This document shows, in pieces, positions 30,555 through 40,849 of a stretch of 64,000 nt of DNA. The DNA is taken from assembly GCA_964475335.1 (NCBI GenBank), contig CAYYWG010000014.1, forward strand, positions 60,906 through 124,905, given 5' to 3'. This DNA comes from an uncultured bacterium (GTDB lineage Bacteria; Cyanobacteriota; Cyanobacteriia; Leptolyngbyales; Leptolyngbyaceae). The notes under the pieces are model-generated. The model was not told where the DNA came from. It did no database searches and was given only the letters and a program-made list of their open reading frames with translations. Position numbers and translations under genes: made by a program. The first letter of the stretch is position 1, and every line of letters starts with the position of its first letter.

Positions 30555-32816
30555 TTACAGCAGGCTTTGGGCTTCAGTTTGGAGGGTCGGTTGCAAGGTC
30601 AGAGGCAACTGCAAGGTGAAGCAGCTACCCACATTAAGGGTTGAGGTAACTATGATGTTGCCTTGATGGAGGTGGGCCAGTTTTTGGGCCAACGCGAGCC
30701 CCAGGCCAGTCCCTTGATACTTGCGATCTAGGCCGCTTTGCAGTTGGTGAAAGGGTTGGAAAAGGGTGCCCAAGTCGGCTGGAGCAATGCCAATGCCAGT
30801 ATCCTCAACGAGAAACTGAAGGGTGTGATTGACTTGGGTGACGCGCAAACACACTGAGCCTATTTCAGTAAACTTAACAGCATTCGACAGGAGATTAACC
30901 AAAATTTGTTTGAGCCGACGGCGATCGCCCATACACTGGGTGGCGTCTGTTGCAATGGATAAAGAGAGGGCGAGTTGCTTCTTTTCAGCTTGGGCGCGAA
31001 TGTATTCCAAACTAGATTCACACAACTCTAAAATTTCGATGGGTTCAAAGTATAATTCTTCTCGACCAGCCTCAATTTTTGATAAATCCAGTAAGTCGTT
31101 AATTAAGGCTAACAAGTGTTCACCGCTGGTGTAAATGCTAGTCAAATATTGTTCTTGTTTTTCATTAAGATCCCCAAAGGCACGTTTCAAAAGCACACTA
31201 GAGAAGCCCAAAATACTAGTAAGCGGGGTGCGGAGTTCGTGACTCATGTTGGCAAGAAAATCACTTTTTGCCTGGTTGGCGGCATCCGATAGGCATTTGG
31301 CGGCTTCTAGTTCTTGGGTGCGAGCTTGGACTTGGGCTTCCAACCGTTCGTAACTGCGGGCGTTGTAAAGGGCGATCGCGGTTTGATCGGCAATGCACTT
31401 CATCAATTGAATATCCGTTGCGGTAAAAGCTCTGGTTTGGGTAACCGTGTGGAGTTCGATTCCACCAGCAAATTCATCGCGGATATAAATAGGAACGCTG
31501 AGGAGCGATCGGGATTTTTTGGTGTCAAAACAATCTTGTTGGGCGGGGGAAAGGGGAATCAGCGTTGTATCAGGAATATAATAAGGCTCTTGCAAAAACA
31601 TCCCCGCACTATCCAGCAAGCCCAACCATTCTGTGGCCTGAGTCCGAAATCCAATCAGCGAACTGAGCGTATTCGCGGCTAGCCATTCATGGGTGACGTG
31701 GACTTCTGCTCCACACAGGGTAAACAGAGTGACGCGCTCAACCCCAAAACTTTTGCCCGTAATGGTCACAATCTCTTGCAGAATATAATCGGGGTCAAGG
31801 CTGGAATTGAGTACTCGCCCAATTTGGTTCAGGAGTTGTTCTTGTTGGGCTTGCTGCTGGACTTGGGCAAACAATTGACTTTGGTGAATAGCAACCGCGC
31901 ATTGATTAGCGATCGCTTTCACCATTGACTGTTCAACCACACTCCACTCTCGTTCAGAATCACATTGTTGGATGCAAATACCACCTTGATAATCTTCCTG
32001 GTGGACTAATGGTGTCATCACCACAGACTGAATTCCATACTCCTGCATCAATCCACGAGTGTGTTCTGGCGTCTCTGGATGGGAATAGAGAAAAGACAAT
32101 TGTTCACCTTGGCGAAGCCGTGCTTTATAGGTTTCAAACAAACCACAAGCAACACCCAAAATTGACTCTTTATCTTTAGTCAAATAACTAGCATAGTGAC
32201 ATTCCATCCGGCCATTGGCATCCGGCAAAAACACTAGACAACGACTGACTGATAATACTTCATGCAGATGATCCACCGTAGCCTGCAATACCTCAGCCAT
32301 GACGAGGGAACCGCGCATAGCCTGAACAATGCGATTGATAATAACTTCGTAGGTCGCTTGTTGTTGCAATTGCTGCATGGCTGCTTGCTTTTGTTGATGC
32401 AGCCTAAATTCCCGCAGCGATCGCTCAAGGACAACGGGTAACCGAAACAACCGATCTTTCAACACATAATCGGACATTCCTGCTTTAATGCAGTCCACTG
32501 CGGCTTCTTCCCCCAAAGAGCCAGTTACTAGAATCAGGGGAATCTCCTGTTCGATGGTTCTTAAAATCTCCAAGACATCGTAGGCTGTAAACCCGATGAG
32601 GCGATAATCACACAAGATGGCATCCCAGTGTTCCGTCATCAACTGCGATCGGCAATCGGCCAAGGTGTCAACCAGTTGATAGGTGCAGGGAATGCCGGCA
32701 TTTTCCAAAGCCAACAACATCAGTTCTGCATCTTCTTGCATATTCTCAACCACCAACAATTTCAGCGGAGCCGCTGAGAGCGGGGGGAGGTTTTTGGCGG
32801 CAGGATAGTCAGCCAT
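30555..32816 (-). CDS. Hybrid signalling protein: N-terminal receiver + two GAF domains + HisKA/HATPase
   Basis: REC: [14 protein letters not shown]...DAILCDYRL. Two GAF-like segments span roughly aa 170-500. H-box [18 protein letters not shown]. ATPase boxes EDTGIGI and [10 protein letters not shown]. Confidence 0.9.
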   Translation of the reverse strand: MADYPAAKNLPPLSAAPLKLLVVENMQEDAELMLLALENAGIPCTYQLVDTLADCRSQLMTEHWDAILCDYRLIGFTAYDVLEILRTIEQEIPLILVTGSLGEEAAVDCIKAGMSDYVLKDRLFRLPVVLERSLREFRLHQQKQAAMQQLQQQATYEVIINRIVQAMRGSLVMAEVLQATVDHLHEVLSVSRCLVFLPDANGRMECHYASYLTKDKESILGVACGLFETYKARLRQGEQLSFLYSHPETPEHTRGLMQEYGIQSVVMTPLVHQEDYQGGICIQQCDSEREWSVVEQSMVKAIANQCAVAIHQSQLFAQVQQQAQQEQLLNQIGRVLNSSLDPDYILQEIVTITGKSFGVERVTLFTLCGAEVHVTHEWLAANTLSSLIGFRTQATEWLGLLDSAGMFLQEPYYIPDTTLIPLSPAQQDCFDTKKSRSLLSVPIYIRDEFAGGIELHTVTQTRAFTATDIQLMKCIADQTAIALYNARSYERLEAQVQARTQELEAAKCLSDAANQAKSDFLANMSHELRTPLTSILGFSSVLLKRAFGDLNEKQEQYLTSIYTSGEHLLALINDLLDLSKIEAGREELYFEPIEILELCESSLEYIRAQAEKKQLALSLSIATDATQCMGDRRRLKQILVNLLSNAVKFTEIGSVCLRVTQVNHTLQFLVEDTGIGIAPADLGTLFQPFHQLQSGLDRKYQGTGLGLALAQKLAHLHQGNIIVTSTLNVGSCFTLQLPLTLQPTLQTEAQSLL

Positions 32817-32900
32817 AAAGCAGAGATGCAGTAGTAGTTAGTAAATCGGTTGAGGTGTTGCGTGATACCCAGGCTAAACAATTTCCAAACCAACGGGAAA

Positions 32901-33353
32901 TTAAGGTGTGATTAAGGCAGGCGGTTTATTCAAATGCATCCAATAGGACACAACACGGGTTGAAACCTCCAAAAACTGCTCAAAATCCACAGGTTTTACG
33001 ATGTAGCTGTTGCTGCATAACTCGTAGCAGGCTTCTAAATCAGCATCTTCTTGGGAGGATGTCATAACAACAATAATGAGTTTTTTGGTGCGGGGATTAG
33101 CCCGTAAAGTTCTTAAAACCTCTAGGCCGTTGATCCTGGGCAACTTCAGGTCAAGCAAAACAAGGCGGGGCAATAATCGATGGGAGGGGTGGTTATCGTC
33201 TCCTATCAGATACCGTAAAGCTTGCTGCCCATCGGTGACAACATCCATTTGATTAATAAATCGTAAGGGGGCTAAAGCAAGTTGCATGAGTTCTACGTCG
33301 TGGGGATCATCTTCGATGAGTAGCAGTAGCCCTGGATCGCTCTTTGCAGTCAT
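32901..33353 (-). CDS. Single-domain CheY-like response regulator (Rcp1-like)
   Basis: LLLIEDDPHDVELM...LVLLDLKLPRINGLEVL...VVMTSS...SYIVKP. Its ATG overlaps the stop of the upstream kinase (ATGA at 33353-33350). Confidence 0.9.
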   Translation of the reverse strand: MTAKSDPGLLLLIEDDPHDVELMQLALAPLRFINQMDVVTDGQQALRYLIGDDNHPSHRLLPRLVLLDLKLPRINGLEVLRTLRANPRTKKLIIVVMTSSQEDADLEACYELCSNSYIVKPVDFEQFLEVSTRVVSYWMHLNKPPALITP

Positions 33354-36316
33354 GATGCCTCTGGGGGGTGATCAAATTGGAGGTAAAAGGTGGTGCCGTG
33401 GTCGGGTTGGCTGTCGGCCCAAATCGTGCCCCCATGCCGATGCATCACACGTTGCACGATCGCGAGGCCAATCCCAGTGCCTTCAAAGTCAGTGTTTGGG
33501 TGCAATCGTTGAAAGGCACCAAACAGTTGATCGGCAAACTCCATCGGAAACCCAATGCCATTATCTTGGATTTGGATGATGTGAGCATCTATTGTTTGAA
33601 TTGTGATTTGGGGGTGAGGGCGATCGCGGCTAAACTTGACAGCATTATCAATTAAGTTGGTAAAAACCTGTTGCAGCATGGCTTCGTCTCCCCGGATGGT
33701 GGGCAACGGGCCAATGTGAAATTCCACTCGGTCAGCGTGGTCATAGGTATCTTGCACCAGTTGAATGGCTTTTTCGACCAAAAGCCCCAGGTCTACGGGC
33801 TGGCGCTCCATCTGGCGACGACCGGCCCGAGACAGGGTTAGCAAACCATCGATCAAAAGGCTCATCCGTTGGCCGCTAGTGGCAATGATGTTGAGGTAGT
33901 GTACAACTTTGGGGTTGTGAATGGCCTCGGTCTGGGTGAGCTGGTTGCGCAGGGCGTTGACAAACCCGTTGATGTGGCGGAGGGGAGCCCGCAGATCGTG
34001 GGAGACGGAGTAGGAGAAGGATTCCAATTCCCGGTTGATGGCTTCGAGTTGGAGGGTGCGTTGGGCGATCGCGTCTTGATGTTGCTTGCGCTCAGTAATA
34101 TCATCCATCAGACCCATGACATACAGCCCATCGCCACGCTGATTCACAATGAGACAGACGGCGAGTTCAGCCCAGAGGAGTTGTTGATCTTTGCGGTAAT
34201 ACCGCTGGGGCAGACGATAGCTAGACCGTTGGCCCTGAAATAGCTGATGGCGGAGTTGGAGATCTTGCTGGAGATCGTCGGGGTGGGTAATGTCGAAGAA
34301 ACTCAGGTGCATCAACTCGGCAGCCTCGTAGGCCAACATTGTACACATCGCCGGATTGAGCGCCACAAATCGCAGGGTTTTGGGGTCAGCCAGGGTAATG
34401 CCAATGGGGGCATTTTCAAACACTTGGCGAAATAGGGCTTCGCTATGTTGCAGAGCTTGTTCGGTTTTGTAGCGTTCTTGAATTTCGGCTTGGAGTTGGC
34501 TGTTGCTGCGGCTGAGTTCGGTGGTGCGCTGGTCAACGAGAATTTCTAAATTGCGATTTTGGAATTCGAGGGCCTGGTTAAGTTGGTGAATTTGGAGTTC
34601 GGCCTGTTTGCGATCGCTCACGTCAATGAGCACACCCAGGACTTCGGTAGGGGTGCCCGCCTCGTCGCGCAGGATGTGACCGCGGGCAATGACCCAGTGG
34701 AGTTCGCCGTTGGGATACACCACTCGGTATTCCACTTCGCAATCATGGCCCTGGGCAAGGGCTTGGGCAAAGGCGGCTTCCACCTGGGGCAAATCATCGG
34801 GGTGGACGCGATCGCGCCAAATCTGGTCGTCTACTGTGGGGCCATAGTCTTGGGGATCAAGCCCCAGCAAGTAAAAATGATTGGGATTCCACGTCGCCTG
34901 TTTCGTTGCCAGGTGCCAGACCCAGGTGCCAATGTTGGTGAAGTTAAGGGTTAGGCGAAACTGTTCTTCACTGCGCCGAAGGGCCGTTTCAGCTTGCTTG
35001 AGGGCCGTGACATCGGTGGCGACAACGGTGACAAACCAACAGGCTTCCGTCTCGTCGCGATAGGCATTGAAGGTTTCAGCAATCCACCGCCAGGAGCCGT
35101 TTTTGTGTTGAAAGCGGTATTCGGCTTGGATAGACTGCTCGGCAAAAATGGCGGTGTAGACTGGCCCAACGATGGTGGGGCGATCGCTAGGGTGAATCCG
35201 GGAAAACCAAAGTTGCTTGTCGGCTTCAAATTCATATTTGCTGTATCCAAAAACACGGGCACAACCGATGGAATGGTATTCATACTCGTAGGAATGATCA
35301 GCATACAACCGCAAACTGATAATGGCGGCATCGGCTTGGCTCAAAATGTTATTCAGTTTGACTTGGGACAGATGGAGTTCCCGTTCCAGTTGGTTGCGCT
35401 CGGTCACATCAATCAGGGTGCCGATCCATTCCCGCACCTGGCCATCTGGCTCTAGCACTGGCACGGCCCTGGCTTGCACCTCTTGGCACTTGTCCCCTTG
35501 GGCCAGAAGGCGATAGGACATGGCATAACAACTTTTGTTGGCGATCGCCGTTCGCCATGCTTGTTGCACTTGGGGTTGGTCGTCTGGGTGAATAAGTTGG
35601 AGCCACTCTAGACTAGTGCGATCGGCCAGGTTGGGCGGCAGGAGCGACGGAGAACCCGGTAAAGTATACAGCATTTGGCCAGTAGCATCGGCGTGCCAAA
35701 CGACTTGGGTGGTGGCCAATACGAGGGATTGGTAGCGATCGCGCTCGTGGGTCAGTTTTTGGTTGACTTGTTCCAATTCTTGGGTGCGGCGTTGGACGCG
35801 GCGTTCCAACTCTAGATTTAGCGCCTGAATGCGGGCCTCGGCCAGTTTTCGCTCAGCGATTTCTTGCTCTAGGGCGCGGTTGGCCTGGGCTAATTGGTTG
35901 GGACTGGGGAGGGCGATCGCTTGGGGCATAATCGGGACAAGGGCGATCGCGGTAAACACCGAAATCCCGGCGGTGCCAGCCTTGATCGCACCAGACCACC
36001 AATAGGCCGGATGCCAAAGTGTCCAGATATTAACCAAATGGGTGGTACCACAGGCAAAGATAAAGGCACTAAACAACGCAAACACCCAGGAAAAGGGTAG
36101 ATCTTGCCGCCGTCGCAGAAAGTAAACCAGGATCAAGGGAATTGAGTAATAAGCGGCTGTAATGAAAGCATCAGCCCCCACATGCAACCAGACCAACCCC
36201 GGTTTCCACAAATAACAATGCCCATGGGGAATAAACGGCCCAGTCGAAAACAGCGTCTGCAAGAATCCCGGCATGGGTCCCTTCTCCCGTATGTGAGTGC
36301 CCTCTTCAGTGTGCAC
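33350..36316 (-). CDS. Sensor histidine kinase with an N-terminal ethylene-binding-domain-like membrane module, multiple PAS domains and HisKA/HATPase. The start may be Met15 at 36274.
   Basis: Three N-terminal TM helices: ADAFITAAYYSIPLILVYF / FSAFIFACGTTHLVNIWTLW / AGTAGISVFTAIALVPIMP. These match ETR1 helices, including Cys-x3-His. A coiled coil follows, then at least four PAS/PAC units. H-box FSYSVSHDLRAPLRHI. ATPase boxes DNGIGF and GTGIGLAIV. Confidence 0.85.
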   Translation of the reverse strand: MHTEEGTHIREKGPMPGFLQTLFSTGPFIPHGHCYLWKPGLVWLHVGADAFITAAYYSIPLILVYFLRRRQDLPFSWVFALFSAFIFACGTTHLVNIWTLWHPAYWWSGAIKAGTAGISVFTAIALVPIMPQAIALPSPNQLAQANRALEQEIAERKLAEARIQALNLELERRVQRRTQELEQVNQKLTHERDRYQSLVLATTQVVWHADATGQMLYTLPGSPSLLPPNLADRTSLEWLQLIHPDDQPQVQQAWRTAIANKSCYAMSYRLLAQGDKCQEVQARAVPVLEPDGQVREWIGTLIDVTERNQLERELHLSQVKLNNILSQADAAIISLRLYADHSYEYEYHSIGCARVFGYSKYEFEADKQLWFSRIHPSDRPTIVGPVYTAIFAEQSIQAEYRFQHKNGSWRWIAETFNAYRDETEACWFVTVVATDVTALKQAETALRRSEEQFRLTLNFTNIGTWVWHLATKQATWNPNHFYLLGLDPQDYGPTVDDQIWRDRVHPDDLPQVEAAFAQALAQGHDCEVEYRVVYPNGELHWVIARGHILRDEAGTPTEVLGVLIDVSDRKQAELQIHQLNQALEFQNRNLEILVDQRTTELSRSNSQLQAEIQERYKTEQALQHSEALFRQVFENAPIGITLADPKTLRFVALNPAMCTMLAYEAAELMHLSFFDITHPDDLQQDLQLRHQLFQGQRSSYRLPQRYYRKDQQLLWAELAVCLIVNQRGDGLYVMGLMDDITERKQHQDAIAQRTLQLEAINRELESFSYSVSHDLRAPLRHINGFVNALRNQLTQTEAIHNPKVVHYLNIIATSGQRMSLLIDGLLTLSRAGRRQMERQPVDLGLLVEKAIQLVQDTYDHADRVEFHIGPLPTIRGDEAMLQQVFTNLIDNAVKFSRDRPHPQITIQTIDAHIIQIQDNGIGFPMEFADQLFGAFQRLHPNTDFEGTGIGLAIVQRVMHRHGGTIWADSQPDHGTTFYLQFDHPPEAS

Positions 36317-36437
36317 CCAGTCTAGCCAATCTCAGGTGTGGGTTCCAAGGACGTTCCAGGGGGCTGGGCCACAGCCGGGTTGGGCCAGAACGCTGTCACC
36401 AACCGAGCCAGTGGGGAATGGGGCTGAAAGCTGGTGG

Positions 36438-37046
36438 TCAAGGTAACGTCACGGCACCCGCCTGACAATCTCGTAGCCACTGGCGAATGGCCCGTCCCGT
36501 GGCTAGGCGAGTGGCATCTTGCAGGGGAGACGGGGCTTGGTTGGTGCTGGGGTAAGGCGCTTCCCGCGAGTATAAGATAGCCAGGTTCCAGCCCGTATCA
36601 GCAGTGTGGGCCAGGAACAGCCAGTGATAAGTTTGATATTCTGTGGCTTGCCGGGTGTCGTATTGCCGTTCTAGCAGGGTGAAAAAGATTTGGTGGAGGC
36701 CGCCAGTGTCAGGGTTGGGGTGGCTGGTGCGCACGGGGAGAGGCCGAAAGTCGGCTTGGTTGGCAAAGAGGGCATAACGACCGGCCTGGCTCCCTGCCCG
36801 TTGGTGGCTTTGGCGATTGAGATAGCTTGGCAAATCACGCAGGAGGGCGGCAGTTAAGGGTTGCACCTCGGTAGGACAAACAGTTTTGGGCCGAAGGAAG
36901 GCGGGGGGCTTGGCGGCGGTGGTAGCGGGAATCGGGGTGGCGGGGGCTGCTTGGCAAAGCCAGAGGAGGGGCGCGATCGCCAAGGGTGCCCCCCAGCGCC
37001 GTAGGGACGGCCAACGGATGTTTATGTCCAGCGGCTGAGACTTCAA
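36438..37046 (-). CDS. Exported hypothetical protein
   Basis: 202 aa. Signal-like N-terminus RRWGAPLAIAPLLWLCQAAPA. I recognise no family. It lies 11 nt downstream of the PPC-domain gene. Confidence 0.6.
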   Translation of the reverse strand: MKSQPLDINIRWPSLRRWGAPLAIAPLLWLCQAAPATPIPATTAAKPPAFLRPKTVCPTEVQPLTAALLRDLPSYLNRQSHQRAGSQAGRYALFANQADFRPLPVRTSHPNPDTGGLHQIFFTLLERQYDTRQATEYQTYHWLFLAHTADTGWNLAILYSREAPYPSTNQAPSPLQDATRLATGRAIRQWLRDCQAGAVTLP

Positions 37047-37057
37047 AACAGTGCGGG

Positions 37058-37510
37058 TTACTGGGGTTTGAGGAGGGTCACTTTGAGGGTAAAGTTGCCA
37101 GCGGCCATTTCACCAAACGATCGCACCCGAATGTAGTAAGTATCGGTTTTGAGGATGCGGGTGAACAGCAGGGAATTGGTGCTTCCGTCTGGGCCGTCAT
37201 CATTCTCGGCGATCGCGGTGCCGTCGGTGGCAATGAGATACACAATCGTATCGAAGTCATCGGAGGTAAGATCCACCGCTAACTGGCTTCCGGCCTTCAA
37301 TTGCAACACGTAATCACGGGCAAATCCACCTTGTCCGGTGGGAATGTCGGCTTTGGTGAGGCGATCGCGAATGGTGCTGCCAGGGGCGATCGGAATGGGG
37401 TCATACAGTCGGCTTTGGGCGCTCCCAGCGGGAACCAGGGCGAATGGCAGCGAGAGACTCAACCCCAGGGGCAACCACCAGCCCAACTGGGTCAGAACAC
37501 ATAAACGCAT
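37058..37510 (-). CDS. Exported protein with a bacterial pre-peptidase C-terminal (PPC) domain (start at Met68 of the tracked ORF)
   Basis: Signal peptide MRLCVLTQLGWWLPLGLSLSLPFALVPAGSAQ. PPC-like pattern ...YVLQLKAGSQLAVDLTSDDFDTIVYLIATDGTAIAENDDG...YYIRVRSFGEMAAGNFTLKV. Confidence 0.7.
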   Translation of the reverse strand: MRLCVLTQLGWWLPLGLSLSLPFALVPAGSAQSRLYDPIPIAPGSTIRDRLTKADIPTGQGGFARDYVLQLKAGSQLAVDLTSDDFDTIVYLIATDGTAIAENDDGPDGSTNSLLFTRILKTDTYYIRVRSFGEMAAGNFTLKVTLLKPQ

Positions 37511-37523
37511 GAGCTCTGCTTCC

Positions 37524-38321
37524 CTACGGTTGTGCACGGTTGAGGGCCGCTTCCAAGTCAGCCAGTTCAGGCACACCTGGAATTGCTTCGCCATTGACCA
37601 CGAAGAACGGTGTGCCGTCGATCCGCAGGGCATCGGCCAGTTGCATATCACGGGCGATCGCCGTGGCCGCAGCTTGACTGGCGCGATCGCGATCGAACTT
37701 AGCGAGATCAAGCCCTAAGGCTTTCGCAGTAGCCTGGTAGAAGGGTTCTCCTAGTTGCTCTTGGTTGGTAAATAGGGCATCGTGAAATTCCCAGAATTTG
37801 CCCTGTTGGCCTGCGGCCCAGGCAGCTTTGGCGGCAGGCATCGCTTCCGCGTGGATGGAGGTCAGGGGGAGGTGCTTGTAGACCAGGGAGACGCGATCGC
37901 CATGTTTCGCCAAAAAAGCCTTGAGGGTTTCGTGGGCTTTGGCACAGTAGGGGCATTGAAAATCAGAAAATTCAAACAGAATGAGTTGGCCCTTGGGCGA
38001 CCCGGCGACTGGGGAGGTGCCAATGGCTTGTTTCGGATTGGTCGCAAGTTGGCGTAAGGCAGCTTGGCGGGCTTGTTGGGCTTTTTCTTGCTGGGCTCGT
38101 TGGTAGGCTTGCACCGCTTCCAAAATGGCTTCAGGATTTTCGCGGATGATTTGCAAGACTTGCTCTTTCAGTTGGGGGGGGATTTCTGCACTGTAGGCCG
38201 GGGCCGGAAAACTTTGCCCCCCGATCGCGATCGCCACAATCATCAGCCACAGTGGCACCTGGTGCAGGGCACTGCATCGCCACCGGCGATTGGTTCCCTG
38301 TGTATGCATCGTTCTCTTCAC
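37524..38321 (-). CDS. DsbA-family thiol:disulfide oxidoreductase (exported or membrane-anchored)
   Basis: N-terminal hydrophobic anchor LWLMIVAIAIGG. Thioredoxin-fold active site FSDFQCPYCAKAHE (CPYC). C-terminal GTPFFVVNGEAIPG. Confidence 0.85.
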   Translation of the reverse strand: MKRTMHTQGTNRRWRCSALHQVPLWLMIVAIAIGGQSFPAPAYSAEIPPQLKEQVLQIIRENPEAILEAVQAYQRAQQEKAQQARQAALRQLATNPKQAIGTSPVAGSPKGQLILFEFSDFQCPYCAKAHETLKAFLAKHGDRVSLVYKHLPLTSIHAEAMPAAKAAWAAGQQGKFWEFHDALFTNQEQLGEPFYQATAKALGLDLAKFDRDRASQAAATAIARDMQLADALRIDGTPFFVVNGEAIPGVPELADLEAALNRAQP

Positions 38322-38481
38322 TCATCCCCTCCTTGCTGCCTGGGCGCAAGCACCACAATGTTTCCGCTTCATTGTGTCACAGAGCTAACACCTCTGGGGA
38401 GCGATCGCCCCAACTTGTTCTGTCCAATACGGAACTCGGAAGCATTGCCCAGGGCAGCTCATTGGCTGGGCGCAGGCAAAC

Positions 38482-40203
38482 TCAGACTTGATGGCGTTCT
38501 TTATCAACTTGCAGCAATTGCTTAAACTCAGGGGCGGGCACCGGTTTCATGTGCAAAAAGCCCTGCATGGCATAGCAGCCGTGTTCCTGCAAAAAGGTTA
38601 ATTGTTCCTGGGTTTCCACACCACAGGCCATCACCCGCAGCTTAAAAGTTTGGGCAATACGAATAATGGCTTTGGTAATGTCGGTTAGCTCCGAGTCGTG
38701 CGGTACGCCCATAATCAGGGATTGAGCAATCTTAATACCGTGAATGGGCAATCGCCGCAAGGCTTCTAGGGAGAAGGCCGTTTTCCCAAAATTGTCAATG
38801 TGGATGCCAACGCCCAAGGTTTGCAACAAGCTCAGGGTTTCACAGGCATAGTCTAGGTCAGCCATTAATTCATCGATCGCCAACTCCAAAATGAGCAACC
38901 GAGGATTCAGTTTGGTTTCGGCCAAGACTTGGCGAACACTCTCAAAGAGGGCTTTTTTCTTGAACTGATAAGACGAAATATTCACTGCAATCGGCAACGG
39001 CAAGGGACTGAGCGATCGCCACATTTGCACCTGCGTACAAGCCGTTTGCAACACCCACACCCCAAGTTGCTGAATAAAACCCGTTTCTTCAGCCAAGGCG
39101 ACAAAATCTTTAGGGTATAACAACCCTTTTTGGGGGTGCTGCCACCGCACAAACGCCTCGACTCCAATAATCCGTCCGGCTAAAAGACTCACCTGGGGCT
39201 GATAATGCAACTGAAACTGCATTTGCTGTAACCCGCGTTCTAGGTCAGCTTTGAGCATCCGCCGGGTAACATCTGCCGCTTCCATCGCCAGGTTATAGAA
39301 GTAGTAGCCAGCGGTGGCTTCGGGCTGATTTTTCGCTTGGGCGGCCCGGGTTAATAGTTGATTGACTGAATCGCCGTGTTTGGGAAAGTAGGCAATCCCA
39401 ATTTGGGCTTGCACGGTGAGGCGGTTGCCGCTGATGAAGTAAGGTTCGGCGATCGCGGCTAAGAACTGCTGGGCTTGCTGGGCTAATTCGTTTTTGGTGG
39501 TGGCGTTAGTGACGACGATGGCAAAATCCAGGCCCCCTAAGCGGGCGATGGTATGGCTGTCGTCAGTGTGAAGCCGCAACCGTTCGGCCACTTCTTGGAT
39601 GAGCAAATCCCCGGTGGAATGGCCAAACGTGTCGTTGATTGCATTCAGTTGGCTCAGGCTGAGGTAGAACACCGCCACGGTTTGTTGCGTTTCCTGGCTG
39701 GCCTGAATCGCCGCTTGCAACCGATGGTGCAACACAATGCGGTTGGGCAGATTCGTTAGGGGGTCAAAATGGGCAAAACTACCCAGGGCTTCCGCCGCTT
39801 GTTTGATCTGGCTGATGTAGGGCTGCGCGACTTCAGTTTGTTTTTCGAGGCGAGCGTTGATGGCAGCGAGCAATTCTTGGACGGAAAACGGTTTGGTGAG
39901 ATAGTCATCGGCCCCCAGGTTCATACCTTGGCGATGATCGGTGCGATCGGCTTTGGCACTCAGGAAGATGAAGGGAATGGTTACGGTGTCATCGCTTTGC
40001 CGCAAGGATGACAACACGCCGTAGCCGTCCATTTCGGGCATCAAAATGTCACACAAGATCAAATCGGGCATGAGCGATCGCGCCAGATGCACTCCCTTCA
40101 CCCCGTTTTCGGCTGGCACTGCTTGAAAACCAGAATGGTTCAGCATTTTGACAATGTTTGACCGAATCGCATTCTCGTCTTCAATTACCAGAATTGTTTT
40201 CAT
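38482..40203 (-). CDS. Response regulator with REC + GGDEF + EAL domains (both catalytic signatures are variant)
   Basis: REC: ILVIEDE...DLILCDILMPEMDG. The GGDEF position reads RLGGLDFAIV. The EAL position reads GVEAFVRW, and the DDFGTG position reads IDNFGKTAFS. Confidence 0.9.
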   Translation of the reverse strand: MKTILVIEDENAIRSNIVKMLNHSGFQAVPAENGVKGVHLARSLMPDLILCDILMPEMDGYGVLSSLRQSDDTVTIPFIFLSAKADRTDHRQGMNLGADDYLTKPFSVQELLAAINARLEKQTEVAQPYISQIKQAAEALGSFAHFDPLTNLPNRIVLHHRLQAAIQASQETQQTVAVFYLSLSQLNAINDTFGHSTGDLLIQEVAERLRLHTDDSHTIARLGGLDFAIVVTNATTKNELAQQAQQFLAAIAEPYFISGNRLTVQAQIGIAYFPKHGDSVNQLLTRAAQAKNQPEATAGYYFYNLAMEAADVTRRMLKADLERGLQQMQFQLHYQPQVSLLAGRIIGVEAFVRWQHPQKGLLYPKDFVALAEETGFIQQLGVWVLQTACTQVQMWRSLSPLPLPIAVNISSYQFKKKALFESVRQVLAETKLNPRLLILELAIDELMADLDYACETLSLLQTLGVGIHIDNFGKTAFSLEALRRLPIHGIKIAQSLIMGVPHDSELTDITKAIIRIAQTFKLRVMACGVETQEQLTFLQEHGCYAMQGFLHMKPVPAPEFKQLLQVDKERHQV

Positions 40204-40849
40204 GCGTTAAATCCAAATTACCCACAAAAATCTATACGTGTGTTCATCAGTTTTGGCTCACCTCATATCATGCAGACTTGCTCAATGACCTGCTGAAGCT
40301 TCAATGTTGCCTATGGTTTAGGTGCTATTTCTATCTTCTTTTGCCATCCCTCAAACGGGCATCGGCTTAAAGACGGGGCAATCTAGGTCATGACGCGGGT
40401 TGGCGCGATCGCACCGGATGACGTTATCCCCAAACTGACACTAGCCACAAACTGAATAAACTTGGTGCAAACTTGCCTCCCCGGTCTCAGGCCCGGTTTG
40501 CATGAACAAAGTTATGGCAAAACTTGAACCGCGCCCTGCAATCGATTTGCAAACGGCGAATAGAGGGATTCCACCGCCGCCCAAAGGACAGGTCGCATCT
40601 AACGCTCCGATCGCTAACTCTTAGATCATAGTCTTTTTAGGGAAGATACTTTAGTGAAATTACGGAGCGCGATCGCGGACATGGTGCCAGAAACAGTGCC
40701 GCTGTGCCTTCACAAGCAGCCCAATTTCCGTACACTTCCCTGCATCAGGAGCAGTTTTAGGCTGCTTCCTGTCGCAATCTGGGGCCAGGGAAAAGCCTGG
40801 GCGCTGAATCACCAGCGATGCCAGATTAAATAACCGCTGAACGATAGTC

